DNA of 64,000 bases from assembly GCF_009914755.1 (NCBI RefSeq), contig NC_060932.1. The stretch is one strand, 5' to 3'. A model generated the notes under the pieces. The model did not search any database. It saw nothing but the letters and a program-made list of their open reading frames with translations, and was not told the DNA's origin. Below, in pieces: positions 23,161-36,325 of the stretch. Position numbers and translations under genes: made by a program. Source of the DNA: the human T2T-CHM13v2.0 reference genome, Homo sapiens. Numbering within the stretch: position 1 is the first letter of the stretch; the number at the start of each line of letters is the position of its first letter.

Positions 23161-26100
23161 AGAGATTATAACTATAATCTTACTATAACTGTCTATATTA
23201 GCTACTAATTGAATATATTATATTTGGGAAATAATAATTGTGGTAATCTAAATTATCAACCCAGTTTTCTCCAACAATAATCTAAATTGGTTTAATATGG
23301 GTAACTGAAAACATACAATATGGTAAATAATGAAATAAATAAATGTCAAATAGGTGAGTATGACAGAGAATTATTGAAAATGTACTTTATTTTATTTTAG
23401 AAATAAAATCTGCTCTGTGTAGTCACTTCTGTGGTTCTTTCTCCCCTTCTTATCATGGCATCCCATACCTATAAAAAAATTAGTTCACACTAATTATCTG
23501 CAAATGGGACTCATCGTCACAGTGAAATCGAGTCTCTCCTTGATCCTAATCCAAATTTAACTGTAACCTAAATGATACCTGACAGAAATATGCAGAGGTC
23601 ACAGAGTCCCTGCCTGTGAGAGACGTTAACCAAACAAATGTCATTTGTACAGTTCGGTAGCTTTATATAAGAAAATTTAATTTAAACCTTACGAAAAAGG
23701 AAGATTCAATGAAAATACATACAATGCATTTAGAATAAAAAGGCAAAACTCTAGAGATCAAGGTTGCTAAATTATTATTTAAAAAATCTGGCTGTAAGAC
23801 ATACGGGCCATTTTGGTCTCCTGGTTCTTCGACGCTGACATTTTTAATCAGAACAGTTTTCTCCTCAGTTGTCTCTTTTTCACTCTTTAAGATAATCATT
23901 ACCAGCAGGTTAGTAGTTCTAATTTTTCTATGAATTGTTTGATACTTCTGAGAACACAAAATCATTCTGATAATTTTGAGAATACAAGTCATTTTGTAGC
24001 ATTCAAGTGAAAATGTCTTCAACTTGTTTTTGTTTTTCACACAAGAAAAGAAAGTAAGTAACTGTGAAAGTTTGCTTTCCATAGTCATTCCTGTTCAGGG
24101 ACTCATTTGTTACGTTCGTCCTTTAGTAATTTTTATTTTTGTTTATTTGTTTCCTTTTCTCTTTAAAGGTATAGATGAGAAAAATAAATGATGTTTAGAA
24201 GTGAAGGAAAATAAATTTTATGGACTCCAAAAGCCTTTCCAGGTGTCTAGATAAAGTGCCTGGAAATGCTTATGTAATTTGAGTTCAAAGCATCAATTAA
24301 AATATCCACTTTTCTAAACAATAAATTTCATCTGGGGTGCACTTTGTTACCCAGATTGTGAATAACTTATTATAAAGCCACATTTTCATTTGCAAGTCCC
24401 TTGTTCATGCCAAGTCTTTTGTTGTTCTCTATTCAATAAAAGAGAGGTAAGCAGACATTTTCCAAATTTTTTCTTAGAATATTTATTTTTTCAGGAATCA
24501 TGATGGGATTTGATGAATTAAGGAACAGAACAAAAAATCCCATGTAACTAATTTGTATATGACAGCAGGTGGTTGGGTTCAAGTGAACAACAAGCACACA
24601 CAGAAGTCAAATCAGAAAAGCTTCCTTATTTGGCTAAGTGAATTATCTCCAGGATCATACATTAAAACACAGGAAAGCACTCCTTTTCTATCTTTGATAG
24701 CCTTAAAGGAGTGAAAAATAATTTTCCTTTTTAAACACGCTTGACACTTCCCACAAAGTCTTAGCGTCCCCATGGTGAGGTCCTCACAGGTGGTTCACAG
24801 AGAATGAGATTACATAATTAAGACTTTGGGAAGCAGGGGTCACTGCAAACCCACACTGGATGAACAAACAGAGGCTGGAGTTTGGGCAAAAAGAAAACTG
24901 ATTCTTTTCATTTAATTCATTATTAAACCACAAAGAATGTTATTCTCAGTTTACATACACTGTAGCCTGTGACATAAAATAACAGTTTGCAGCAATTTTC
25001 AGAAAGTTAGAAGTATTTTTGTGTGCATGCACATGTGTGCACATCAGTGTATGTGCGTACATGTTCACATGTTTGTTCACGTAGGGAGAACTGTCATCAT
25101 TGTTCACCTGCCCCACACAAAAACGTTTATCTAAAATGCTCTGGGGATTAAATGCATAGTTTAATGATTGAAGGCATTTCTATATTGGATATCTTCCTTG
25201 ATTGGCTCTGACAGTTAAATTTGAAAATTATTCAATAGATAAGTAGATTAAAGATACTTAAGAATGTCCTAATTACCCAAACGGCATTTGAAAAAAAGAA
25301 AAGGAGTCTTGACTATGATACTGAACCAAAAGTGTTTGACAACTCATTTTAACTATCTTTCAGATAAAGAATAAATTCAAGGATTCAGTCGCTTGTGCTT
25401 ACAGAGGAGCATATGGCATGTTCTGTTGGAGGACGGAGTAACCCTCAATGTACCAGCCAGATTTTTAGTTAGTTATTACAGCCTCTTCATCTAAGGCTCC
25501 CTGTGGTCTTCACTTCCCAAGTGACAGGGCTGAATGAAGAGATGATTGTGCATAAAGTGGTTTGTGATCTTCCTAAGGGAAAGACTTGATAAAACATGGG
25601 CTCTTCTTAGGATACAGCAGATGTGCAGACCACAGCAAAAGCCCTATTCGTTAGAACGACTCAGCCATGAATCAAGCATTGTCACATTTTCAGCTGGGCA
25701 GGCGGTCACTGGGGAAGCAGGAGGAAGGGAATAGTAGGAGGGGCACACAGTCTCCCCAAGCCATTTATATCAGGCCTGGAGTGAGGGGAGCTGTAATAAT
25801 CCAGGTATCGTCTGTACTTTTGATTACACACCAAATATTAAAATAACAGGGTCAAGAGGAAAAAGCTCAACTGTGATTTCAGCTTGGTAAGCAGCATTGC
25901 ACTCACTGGTTAGGATGAGAGATGTACAAGCTGCTCACACGACTGCTAAGATTTATCCTTAGCAGCAAAGGAATTCTGGTCAGGAAACAAAGACCAGCAC
26001 AGGGCAGCATGCAACTGAGATCTATGTTGAGAAACACAGGCTGAGTGCTCCAAATGGTTCGCAGGAAGCCATGAAGGAGCCCGGCATCAGGGGAACATGA

Positions 26101-26230
26101 GCACACTGACTTTTCTTCCATTCTAGGCAGATGGGAAAGTGGCCGTTCTCAATTTTATGTCCTCCTTTAGGGACACAGGGCTACCTGGCACATTCAGGAA
26201 GTGATTTTCCTTTAAGAGGCTTCTTCAAGG

Positions 26231-26460
26231 TTATTTATTCCATTTATTCACCCAGCAAATAGTTGTAGAGTTCCGTCTTTGTGCCCAGCTCTGTGATCAC
26301 TGTGAGAGGCACACACAGACCTGCCCTCATGGAGTTCATAATCAAGGCAGAGAAAGCAAGATCAGGAAAGCGAGAGCATGTAAGCAACGTGGAGGTGCAG
26401 GGAGGAAGATATACGCTGGAAGGGCGCTCCAAGGAGAACATCTGATCGACCCTGAGGGCT
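26231..26460 (-). mobile_element. L2 3' fragment
   Basis: tttattcacccagcaaata...tgtgcccagctctgtg...cctgccctcatggagttcata. Confidence 0.65.
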
Positions 26461-27047
26461 CTGTGTAAACATTCCTTCGTTCCTTGCAGAGTTGCAGCCC
26501 TCATGTCAGCATTTTCCAGAGTGAGCTGGAGCTTGGCAGCAGCCCACACATCTGCTGCATTGCAGGAATAGCTAGAGGTTTATAAAGCTGTTTCTTTAGG
26601 AAGATCACAGCCCTTGACTTCTAATATCCACCTAGGCTTTCAGGGGTTGGGAGAAAAATCCTCCCCCTGTGTTTTCACAAGCCGTTGGAAAATGAAATGC
26701 TCCACTACTCCCCTGGCATAGGAACAACAAAGCATTGAGACGTTCACTTATAAAGAATAAAAGGACAGAGTCAAGATGATGCTGTAGATAACACAGTGTT
26801 TCATCGTTTGCATGAGGTCTGAAATATCCCCAGGCCTGACTACAGAATAGTGTGACACCTTGAAAACACAGATTCACGCAACCCACAATAGAAACAGAGA
26901 ATAAGGAAATTCCAATGTTTTCTCTTTTTTTAATGGAATGAAATTTTATTTAACATTTGCCTGTGTAGTTTTATTTATGTGTAGCATTGAATTTTTGGAG
27001 GAAGTTCTCATATTGAAGGTTGCTGTTATGGCTTTATCAGATAATCC

Positions 27048-27066
27048 TGTGTGTGTGTGTGTGTGT
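27048..27066. repeat. (TG)9 microsatellite
   Basis: Read directly. Confidence 0.9.
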
Positions 27067-29769
27067 TTTAATTTATGTGATAGCAATAATGAAAAAGAGG
27101 AATGGAATGTTAATACACACCAGCTCCCAAGGGAGAAAGGAAGCGCTGCAAATATACACAGTGGCATCAAAGCAACCTTTCTTTTGAACTAAATAATGCA
27201 AATTAGGTTTACCTCTATCCATCTCCCTTTTCATTGAAATATATTTTCAAAAGAAATGAAATATGGGTTGTCCTTGTTTTCTTACTAAAAACTAGGCCTT
27301 GCTAAACAAAATCAAGTTTTTGAGGCCGTCAACACGTTACAAATGATGAAATTTTTCTGCAAGCCTGTTAAATTAGAATGTAGAAGATCCTAGCTAATTT
27401 GTATAGCTCAAGCTTCTAAATGTGTGCATTGTCCCCTTTCCTTGTCATGGAAGCAAATTCGTATTGACTGTCCTATCCCACACTCTCATGCAGTCAGTTT
27501 TCATCAGCCAGTCAGCTGTGGGCCTTGCACACTCCCCCACACTCCCTTTGTTGTGTTGTTTCCTGCAGGCTTGTCTCACTTTCCCTCCCCTTCTCTTGTC
27601 TTCCTGTTCGTATTCTCCATGAGTTTATTTTCCATTTGGAATCTATCTTATCTCCTCAACAGGAGTATTGATCCTCTGTCATATAGAACACCTGCTTCCT
27701 GGTGTCCCCCCTTCACTGTCACACAGACTATTATTGCATGTGGTCACTTTTGATTATTCCAATGTTGACTGCAGTTTTCCCAGCTGATGCCATGTAGGCT
27801 TCTCATATATCAAGAACATCCAGAAGGCTCCCTGGTCTTTTGCTGTGGCCAGATGATTGACTCGGAGGCTTGGACTGAAAGATAAAAAGCAGTGAAATTG
27901 GTGTACTAATAGAAACATCACTTTTAGGGTGGGGACAAGGGTGGGGAACAGATAAACAAATAATGAAACAGGACTTTTGCATATTGCCAAAAAGAGAACG
28001 GGGAGACATAGTTTCAGGTTTGGGTATACAGCAAGTCTTGAAGGCATGCCCATAGTGAGGACTTTGATGAATGGCTCACCACTTCTCCCACGACCCATCC
28101 AAACCTGTAGTGTTAAGGAAGTGAGGTGCTATTGCTCTTTTAGTAGGCTGGGACACCAGGCCACCACAATTATTAAAAATGTAGGGTTATTTCAGGAAGG
28201 TAGAACATATGCTGACCATACGAAATATATTTTTAGGCAGATCTTATCTGGAGAATGTCGCTTTTGATGAAGGAAACTAGGTAAAAATTATCTTGCTACT
28301 CAGAAGAATTGTTTTAGGTAAGATAGATCAATGGCAAAGATACTTAATTGGTTTAATCACTTTGAAGTCTTGAGGATGGCCACACAAATCTGTCTTTCTG
28401 AGTATGGAGAGGGAAAGACCTTGTCTCCTTCATGTCCATGTTCTTTTCTCAGTGCTGTTGTCAGGAGCTAGTTGCCACACTTCAATACCCCCAGGCTCCA
28501 AACAGCATAGGCGAGGGTGGGCTTAGGATGTGGCTTGTTGCATATGTACTTGGTGATTCCTCCTTGGGCTGGTTTCCTCGTCTACTGATGGCAAAGTGAA
28601 TGTATCTGTGCATTGCCAAGTGGCCCTCCCACCCCTGCTCAACGTCTCGTCATACATTATAATGAGCAGCAACCTCAGCTCTATGGGGGTAGCCTCAGAA
28701 TCTTCCTCCAAGCTATGACTTTGCGATGCAGGCAGAAGGACAGGGAATTGTGTGTGCTTCCTTTTTACCTCTCTCTTTTACTCTCAGCAGACCACTCAAA
28801 TGATGATGAGCTGCCAAGCTATAAATCGTTGAAGATTCTCTGGCCAGGGAAGCTATGAAAAAGGAGAGAACTGGTAGGGAGAAAAGATAGGAGAGCAACA
28901 CACATCTTTGCTTCAGGGATCCAAGGAGGACCACCACATGATGATTTGAAGCTGAACACACCTATGTCTTGGCTTATGTCTACACATCAAGGAATCAGCT
29001 GAGGTAGCTGTAGCATGACTATCATCATTTCAGCCTTTCCAGAAGTGGGAATGTAATAATTATATATTTTAATTCTTGTTTTTATGGCCCTGATGTTCAT
29101 TTTGGGAACAATGAAAATATAATAAAATATTTCTAAAAAATTAATGGTAGCAACAAAATGTGAGAATAGGAATAGATCAGACAATGTGCCTTTAAGAGTC
29201 TCCCAGATTGCTTGCATTTAAGATAAGAGCCTTTAAAACCACAGGTTTTGTTCCAGTTTATGGAAAGTGTTGATCCAAACTGGTATCTTCTTGATAATTC
29301 TCAGACATGAAAAATCGTTTTAAAGCTCAAGTTAAATGGTTTGTATATAATACACTGTCCCTTGAATAACTCTGCTTGAATTAATTTCGACGAAGAACAT
29401 TGCTTGTTATAAACAGAACTGATGTTTTCAATACCAAAATTCTCTCAGAAATATAGGTCTTTTGATAAAGAAAGAAATGACATGTCATTTCCCCTTTTAA
29501 AGGCTTACATAAATCCCACTTTGTTATTCTGTGGATTTTTCTTTTGTCTAACATACTTGTGGAAGCTTAGGCAGTAGCTGCACCTCACAGAGCGTCATGA
29601 TTGCAGTCAAGTGTCTGATAGGTGCTTTCCTTTGTTCCAGTTACAAACTAAGTCTCTGCTGTGGTCCATGTCCTTGTATTAAAATCACTATCACTCAGTT
29701 AGTGGCAGCAGAACAAATATGTATGTCATCGGGAAGGAGGAAAAGAGAAAACACTGTAAAATGTAAAGC

Positions 29770-30900
<1,131 letters not shown>

Positions 30901-31149
30901 GTCTAATCAAAGGCAATGAGTTCTTTGTGCAGATTTTTCAACTCTGCCACATAGAAAGCTTCAGTTATGTATAGGTCATAGCACATTTAATTTTTAACAT
31001 TGGTATGACTTATTCCTATAGCAGGAAGACTGCCTTGAAGAAACAGAATCTGCTATAAGAATACTATCAGGAAAGAATGGTCAAGTCAGGTGAAACCGCT
31101 GCTATTGTATGACTGTGAGTATTTGCCTTTGTCTCCATATGTGTTTTGG

Positions 31150-31640
31150 TTTGCAGCCATTAATAGCTTGGATACCATGAAGCAGTGGCAAAGGGGAGTG
31201 TGTCAGAGCAGCAGGCCAAAATTAAATTACAGCAACCTCGCACTTTGCATTAAAACCTTCACTCAGAGATGGAGGCTGGTAATCACGTCCAGATTTTCCT
31301 TAAAGACAATGGCCCTCCATGCAACTGGCCACACTCAGTTAATTCATGCTGTCAGCTGCCTTTATTGGCTGTGGGGAATCCAGTATTGATTCTTGAACTC
31401 AGCAGCAGCACAAAGAGCCACTAGTGCATGGTCAAAATGCTGCAATAAAGGGCTGGCAGCTTGAGAAAAGCAGCCATTCCATTGCACAAACAAGGTCAAT
31501 TAGAGGACAGTGCAGTGTAATATAAATAGCATTAGCATCCCTCTTCAACTCCGATGATATCACGCTGGCAGAATGACAGTAAGGAAAATAAGGTTTAATG
31601 CTGAATAAATATAAAGGCATTTAGTGTAATTTAATTTCAA
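31150..31640. promoter_or_regulatory. Candidate conserved developmental enhancer
   Basis: Unique, motif-dense block: CTGTCA 31349-31354 overlapping CAGCTG, TTTATTGG (posterior HOX/CDX) 31361-31368, plus GCAATAAA, ACAATG (SOX), AAGGTCA, TGACAG and multiple TAAT cores. Confidence 0.45.
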
Positions 31641-33073
31641 GCTCTCTATCATTTTAAAGTGCTACGAGTAGCAAAATATTTAGTTTCATCATGGGTAGGA
31701 ATTTATGTCTACAAAAATGATTTTCTGATAAAACTTTGTGCAAACTAGCCAATTAGTCATGTATAGTTAAACTGGTATTATTAATTTTATTGAGAAGTAA
31801 AGAGTTTCTTATTCACAGAATCAATGTAGTATGCCTACCTGTCATTTACTATCCTTTTTAGTATTAGAATTTCAAAATCTCCAATGTGTCATGAAGAAGG
31901 AACAAAAGATATCTTGGTATTTTTAGTTTAAAAGATAGAGCAGATTGAGTTTTTTTCTTTCTTTTTAAGTCGCTGGAAATTACTAGGACCTTTTGTTTAA
32001 ACACTTGCATTCATTACTTTTATTTATGGGAGAATTTTTCCTACCTTCTTTGTCAGTTCAAAATTAATTACAAATGTAAAACGCATCATGCTGCTAACAC
32101 ATATTCTATGCGGGAAACAAATTATACTCTCAAAATAGATAATGGACAGCTTGGAGAGGTAATTGATAAACCTACACTGCCTACAATAACTGAATAGATT
32201 TTAGAAAAATATATAATTGTTAGGAATGGAAAGAACGTGTTTGAATTCTCCTTGGTAATGAGTGTGCTCAATGTTGACTAGGAACAACTCATTAAAGTGC
32301 ATAAAAGAGTTTAAAGAAAGTTTGAATCATGATGCCTTGGAAATGTCCATTAACCACTGAGAGTATATGGAGTCTCTCAGGCTGATGTTGTCCAGTCATT
32401 TGGTTAAATTATTTTTTAAAAGATAAATGTTTCAAGTAACCTAAGGTGTTTCCAGCAAACCTGCTATGTACATTATGAATTGAATATAAGAGTCTCAAGT
32501 TGCTTTCATGAACTTCCTTGAGTAGATGAGTTAATAGATCCTGTTTATATTCCATACCTCCTGCTCTGTCTGCTAAAAGATAACATTTATAACCCCCTCA
32601 CAAAGATACTGTGAGAGCAAATACATAAATTTCTGCAGTTAGAGTGGAAGAATCACCTAATCTTCAAAACCATAGACTAATAGAATTTTACATATGGGAA
32701 ACATCTTAAGAAGTAATCAAATCCCACTTCCTCCTGTTATTGGGGCCAGAAAAATTAAGCCACATGCACAAACATATATAGCTAGCCAATGCCCAAACTG
32801 GGATTCTCAAACATGCTTCAATTTTTAATTGTTCATTATTTTTTTCATTACAAAACCAATTTTAAAAAGAAACATGTACGGTTGTACAATCTGATAACTA
32901 AAGGATACTGTTCAATGGAAAAAATTCAAATAATAGATACTGAAAACCTTGGAAAATGAAAGTCATCCATTTTCCTACCTCTTAAAAAAATTTTATGTAT
33001 GTTTCCAGATTTTTCATATAATACATATATGTAATACATATATGCGCATATGTTTTAGTGATAAATAAGTTTA

Positions 33074-33113
33074 TATCTATCTATCTACCTATCTATCTAT
33101 CTATCTATCTATC
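33074..33113. repeat. (TATC)n STR
   Basis: Read directly. Confidence 0.95.
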
Positions 33114-33533
33114 TGTATTAGTCAGCTCTTGCACTGTTATAAAGAAATACCTGAGACTAGTAATTTATTTAAAAAAAAGGTTTAATTTGCCCACAGTTCC
33201 ACAGGCTGTACAGGAAGCATAGCAGCATCTGCTTCTGGGGAGGCCTCAGGGAGCTTTTGCTCATGGCAGAAGGCAGAGCGGGAGCAGGCATCTTACATGA
33301 CAGGAGCAGGAGCAAGAGCAAGAGCAAGAGACAGAGCGAGGAGGGGCTACAGACATTTAAATGACCAGATCTCATGATAACGCACTCACTATTAGCACAC
33401 AGGGGATGGAGCCAACCCATTCGCGAGAACTCCACTCCCATGATCCAGTCACCTCCTACTAGGCCCCACCTTCAACACTGGGGATTGCAATTCCACTACA
33501 GAATTGGGCGGGACACAGACCCAAACTATGTCA
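33114..33533 (-). mobile_element. MSTA-like MaLR solo LTR
   Basis: tgtattagtc...aggctgtacaggaagcat...tctggggaggcctcaggg...ccagatctc...cccaaactatgtca with TG..CA termini. Flanks ctatc/ttatc give a 4/5 TSD. Confidence 0.88.
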
Positions 33534-33589
33534 TTATCTAATCTATTAATAAGTATCTATCTATCTATCAATCTTCCAATCTCTCTGTA

Positions 33590-34900
33590 TACTAACTTGC
33601 TTTTTTCTTTTAACAAAACACCATAGATAACTTTCTTGCTAGTATTTATAATTCTAGTATACATCTTTTCTAATGGATGCATAATGTTCCATTTTATAGC
33701 TGCAGCCTCACTTAATTATTTAATACCCTTTTCTACAATATTTGGATTTCTTCAAATTACAATTACTGTATAGTATGTATTTTTGTATATATATTTTCAT
33801 ACTTGTTAAAATATTTCTATTGGATACATTTTTCAGAAAGGGAATTAGTGGTTAATTTATTTTTTAAACAAAGGTTTAATTTGGAGACTATTTTAGATAT
33901 ACAGAAAAGTTGCAAAGATAATACACCCTTCACCCAGTTTCTTCTAATATCAACATCTTATATTAGCAAGATAATATAATAAACTATGCATAGTTGCCAA
34001 ACTAAGAAACCAGTATTGGTACATTACTATTAATGAAGCTCTGGATTTCAGTAGAATGTTTCTTCTATTAATGCATTTTGTTGCTGTTGTTCCAGAATCC
34101 AATCCAGGTTACTAAATTGTATTTAGTTGTCACAATTCCTTTGATTTTCTGGTCTGCAGCTAGTTTTCACTCCTTACTAATTTCCCATTACCTTGGCATT
34201 TCTAAAGCATAGTGGTCAGGTATTTTGTGAGATGGGTTAACTGATATTTGCAATTAAATTTAATTGTCATTGATAAATGATCCCTAAAATGTTTAAATAA
34301 TATATACATCTAATACTAGTGAATGTTAGTGACTATTTTTTCTAATAGCCTTGACTTTAGAAGATAGTTTTCTCTTGCTAATCTTTGCCTATCTAGATGG
34401 TAATGGATAGAATTGCTTTATTAATTCAATTTACATTGGAAATATTTTCAGATTTATTATTTATTTGTCTTTCATTTTTGTGAATTGCTCACTCATGTTC
34501 TTTGTCCATTTTTTCTACTGACATTTGGATTTTTCTTATGAATTTGTTAATTTTTTCCCATATTAGAGATCTTAGGCATATGATCGCAAGTCTTAGCACG
34601 AATTTATTTCCAGTTCTAGCGTATTTTTTAAGTTTCTTTATGAAGATTTTTTGTATAGAGAAGTTGAAATCATTGTCTTTACAGTGTCTGAACATTTTGT
34701 CATGTTTAGAGAAAGTGCCTTTTTACTCCTAGATTGCAAAAATGTTCCTGCACTTATTGTTATATATTTTTGCCTCATATTTATATATCAATCTTTTATA
34801 CATCTGAGGTTTAATTTGATATGAAGAGTGATTAGGATTCAGTTTAGTTGTTTTATTTTCCATAAAGAGTTAGCCAATTGTCCCAACTCACATTTGCTCT
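33590..34900 (-). mobile_element. Old L1M fragments (L1ME-like host with an L1MC-like 3' piece at about 33870-34235)
   Basis: tacagaaaagttgcaaaga...ccagaatccaatccagg...gtggtcaggtattttgt; tttgtccatttttt...gccaattgtcccaac. Confidence 0.6.
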
Positions 34901-35059
34901 CTTGCCTTTTACTGGTTTGGAGAAATGGAACTGATAATAATTTAGAGAGTAGTAGTCATAATTTTTAATTTTAAAATACAACAGTGCCTCATCTGAAAAA
35001 AGAGTGTGAGAAGTTATATTTTACTGTATACCTACCTCCTACCTTTAAAATCCTTTACT

Positions 35060-36325
35060 ATTTGTATTTTACTTAATCTTGCAACTGCACGTGACACTTG
35101 CTCACTCCTCCTCCCTGGAACGCTCTCCTCCTTTCTCCTTTGGACTTTCTGATACCTCTCAGCTTGTCTTCCTTCTCTCCTTGATCTGCCTCGTGCCCCA
35201 CTTCCTCTCTGTGTCCTTGAATGTCGGTGTTCCCTGGGGATTGGGTTTTGTACCACTTATATCTTCTCACTTTGAGTGCTTCTCATTTACATTGTTGAAA
35301 ATATATATGTTGTTATTTATTGCTTGCTGTTTCCCAGAAACTATTCTAAGTATATCAAACATATTTACTTACTTAATCATCATAGCAAATACACAAAATG
35401 GGCACTACCATTATCGCCTCCTTTTTATAGATGAGCAAATTGGCATACAAGGATTGAGGAACATGCCCAAGTTAACTTATGTTCTAAATAGGCTATGGAG
35501 GTGGAACTTGAGCTCAGCCAGTTTGACTCAAAATCTCATGCTTTTCATCAATATTCTGTAATTTCCCTGATGTTCTGTGGCAGCAAATCAGTTAAGACAA
35601 TGACTCTGTATTCCTGTCATGTTTGTTGGCATTGCTCTTCACTCCAGCAGAGCACCCTGGATTCATTCTCTCCCTTACCTTCTATATACAATGAATAGCC
35701 CAGTACCGTGTTTTCTACTTCCAATATATTTTCAGCGTATCTTCTCTCCTCCAAACCTACAGCTTCTATCCTAAATTGGACCTTTATTACCCTCTTTTGG
35801 TGCTGCTCTAATGACTTCCTAACTATAGGAGCACATCTGTTTAAATGGATTACTAGAATCATCTACCCAGGTGACAACTTTAACTGTGATTCCTTTGCCT
35901 AAGCTTCCCAGCAGCTCTCTACCCACCATAATAGCATGCACTCTAAGCTCTTTCATAGGATATAGAAAGCAAGGTTCTCCATGCCCTGGGACCAGCTCTT
36001 TCTGCCTCCTGCTGATTGCTCCTCTCTTCCTCCCATCCCACCTCAGGCACTTGACTCTGCTCCACATTCTTGCTTGGTTAGTGTCACTCACTGTCTAGGA
36101 CCCTTCTCATACACTGCTTCTTACAAGCAGTCACATCTCCAGATCCTCACTCCAGTGATGGCTGGATCTAGTGTTCCGTCTCTGTCCTAACACTCGATTT
36201 AACATTGTGTTGAAGTTATTGGCTTGTTTGTCTTTCACAGCTCCTTGGATGCAAGCTCTGTCCTGTCTTATTGGTCTTTATTGTCCTAGCACAGGGTGCT
36301 AGGAAATTTGTTAAATAAAAGAAAT
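35060..36325 (+). mobile_element. L2, interrupted by a MIR
   Basis: Pyrimidine-rich sense L2 (cactcctcctccctggaacgctctcctcc...tcctaact...cctagcacag...tttgttaaataaa). Confidence 0.65.
35315..35555 (-). mobile_element. MIR SINE
   Basis: ttttatagatgagcaaattgg...tgcccaagtt...cagtttgactcaaaatctcatgct. Confidence 0.65.

Noticed and set aside
23663-24088. 141-aa minus-strand ORF in unique sequence
   Set aside because: No recognisable domain and AT-driven composition. Roughly one ORF this long is plausible by chance in six frames of 64 kb.
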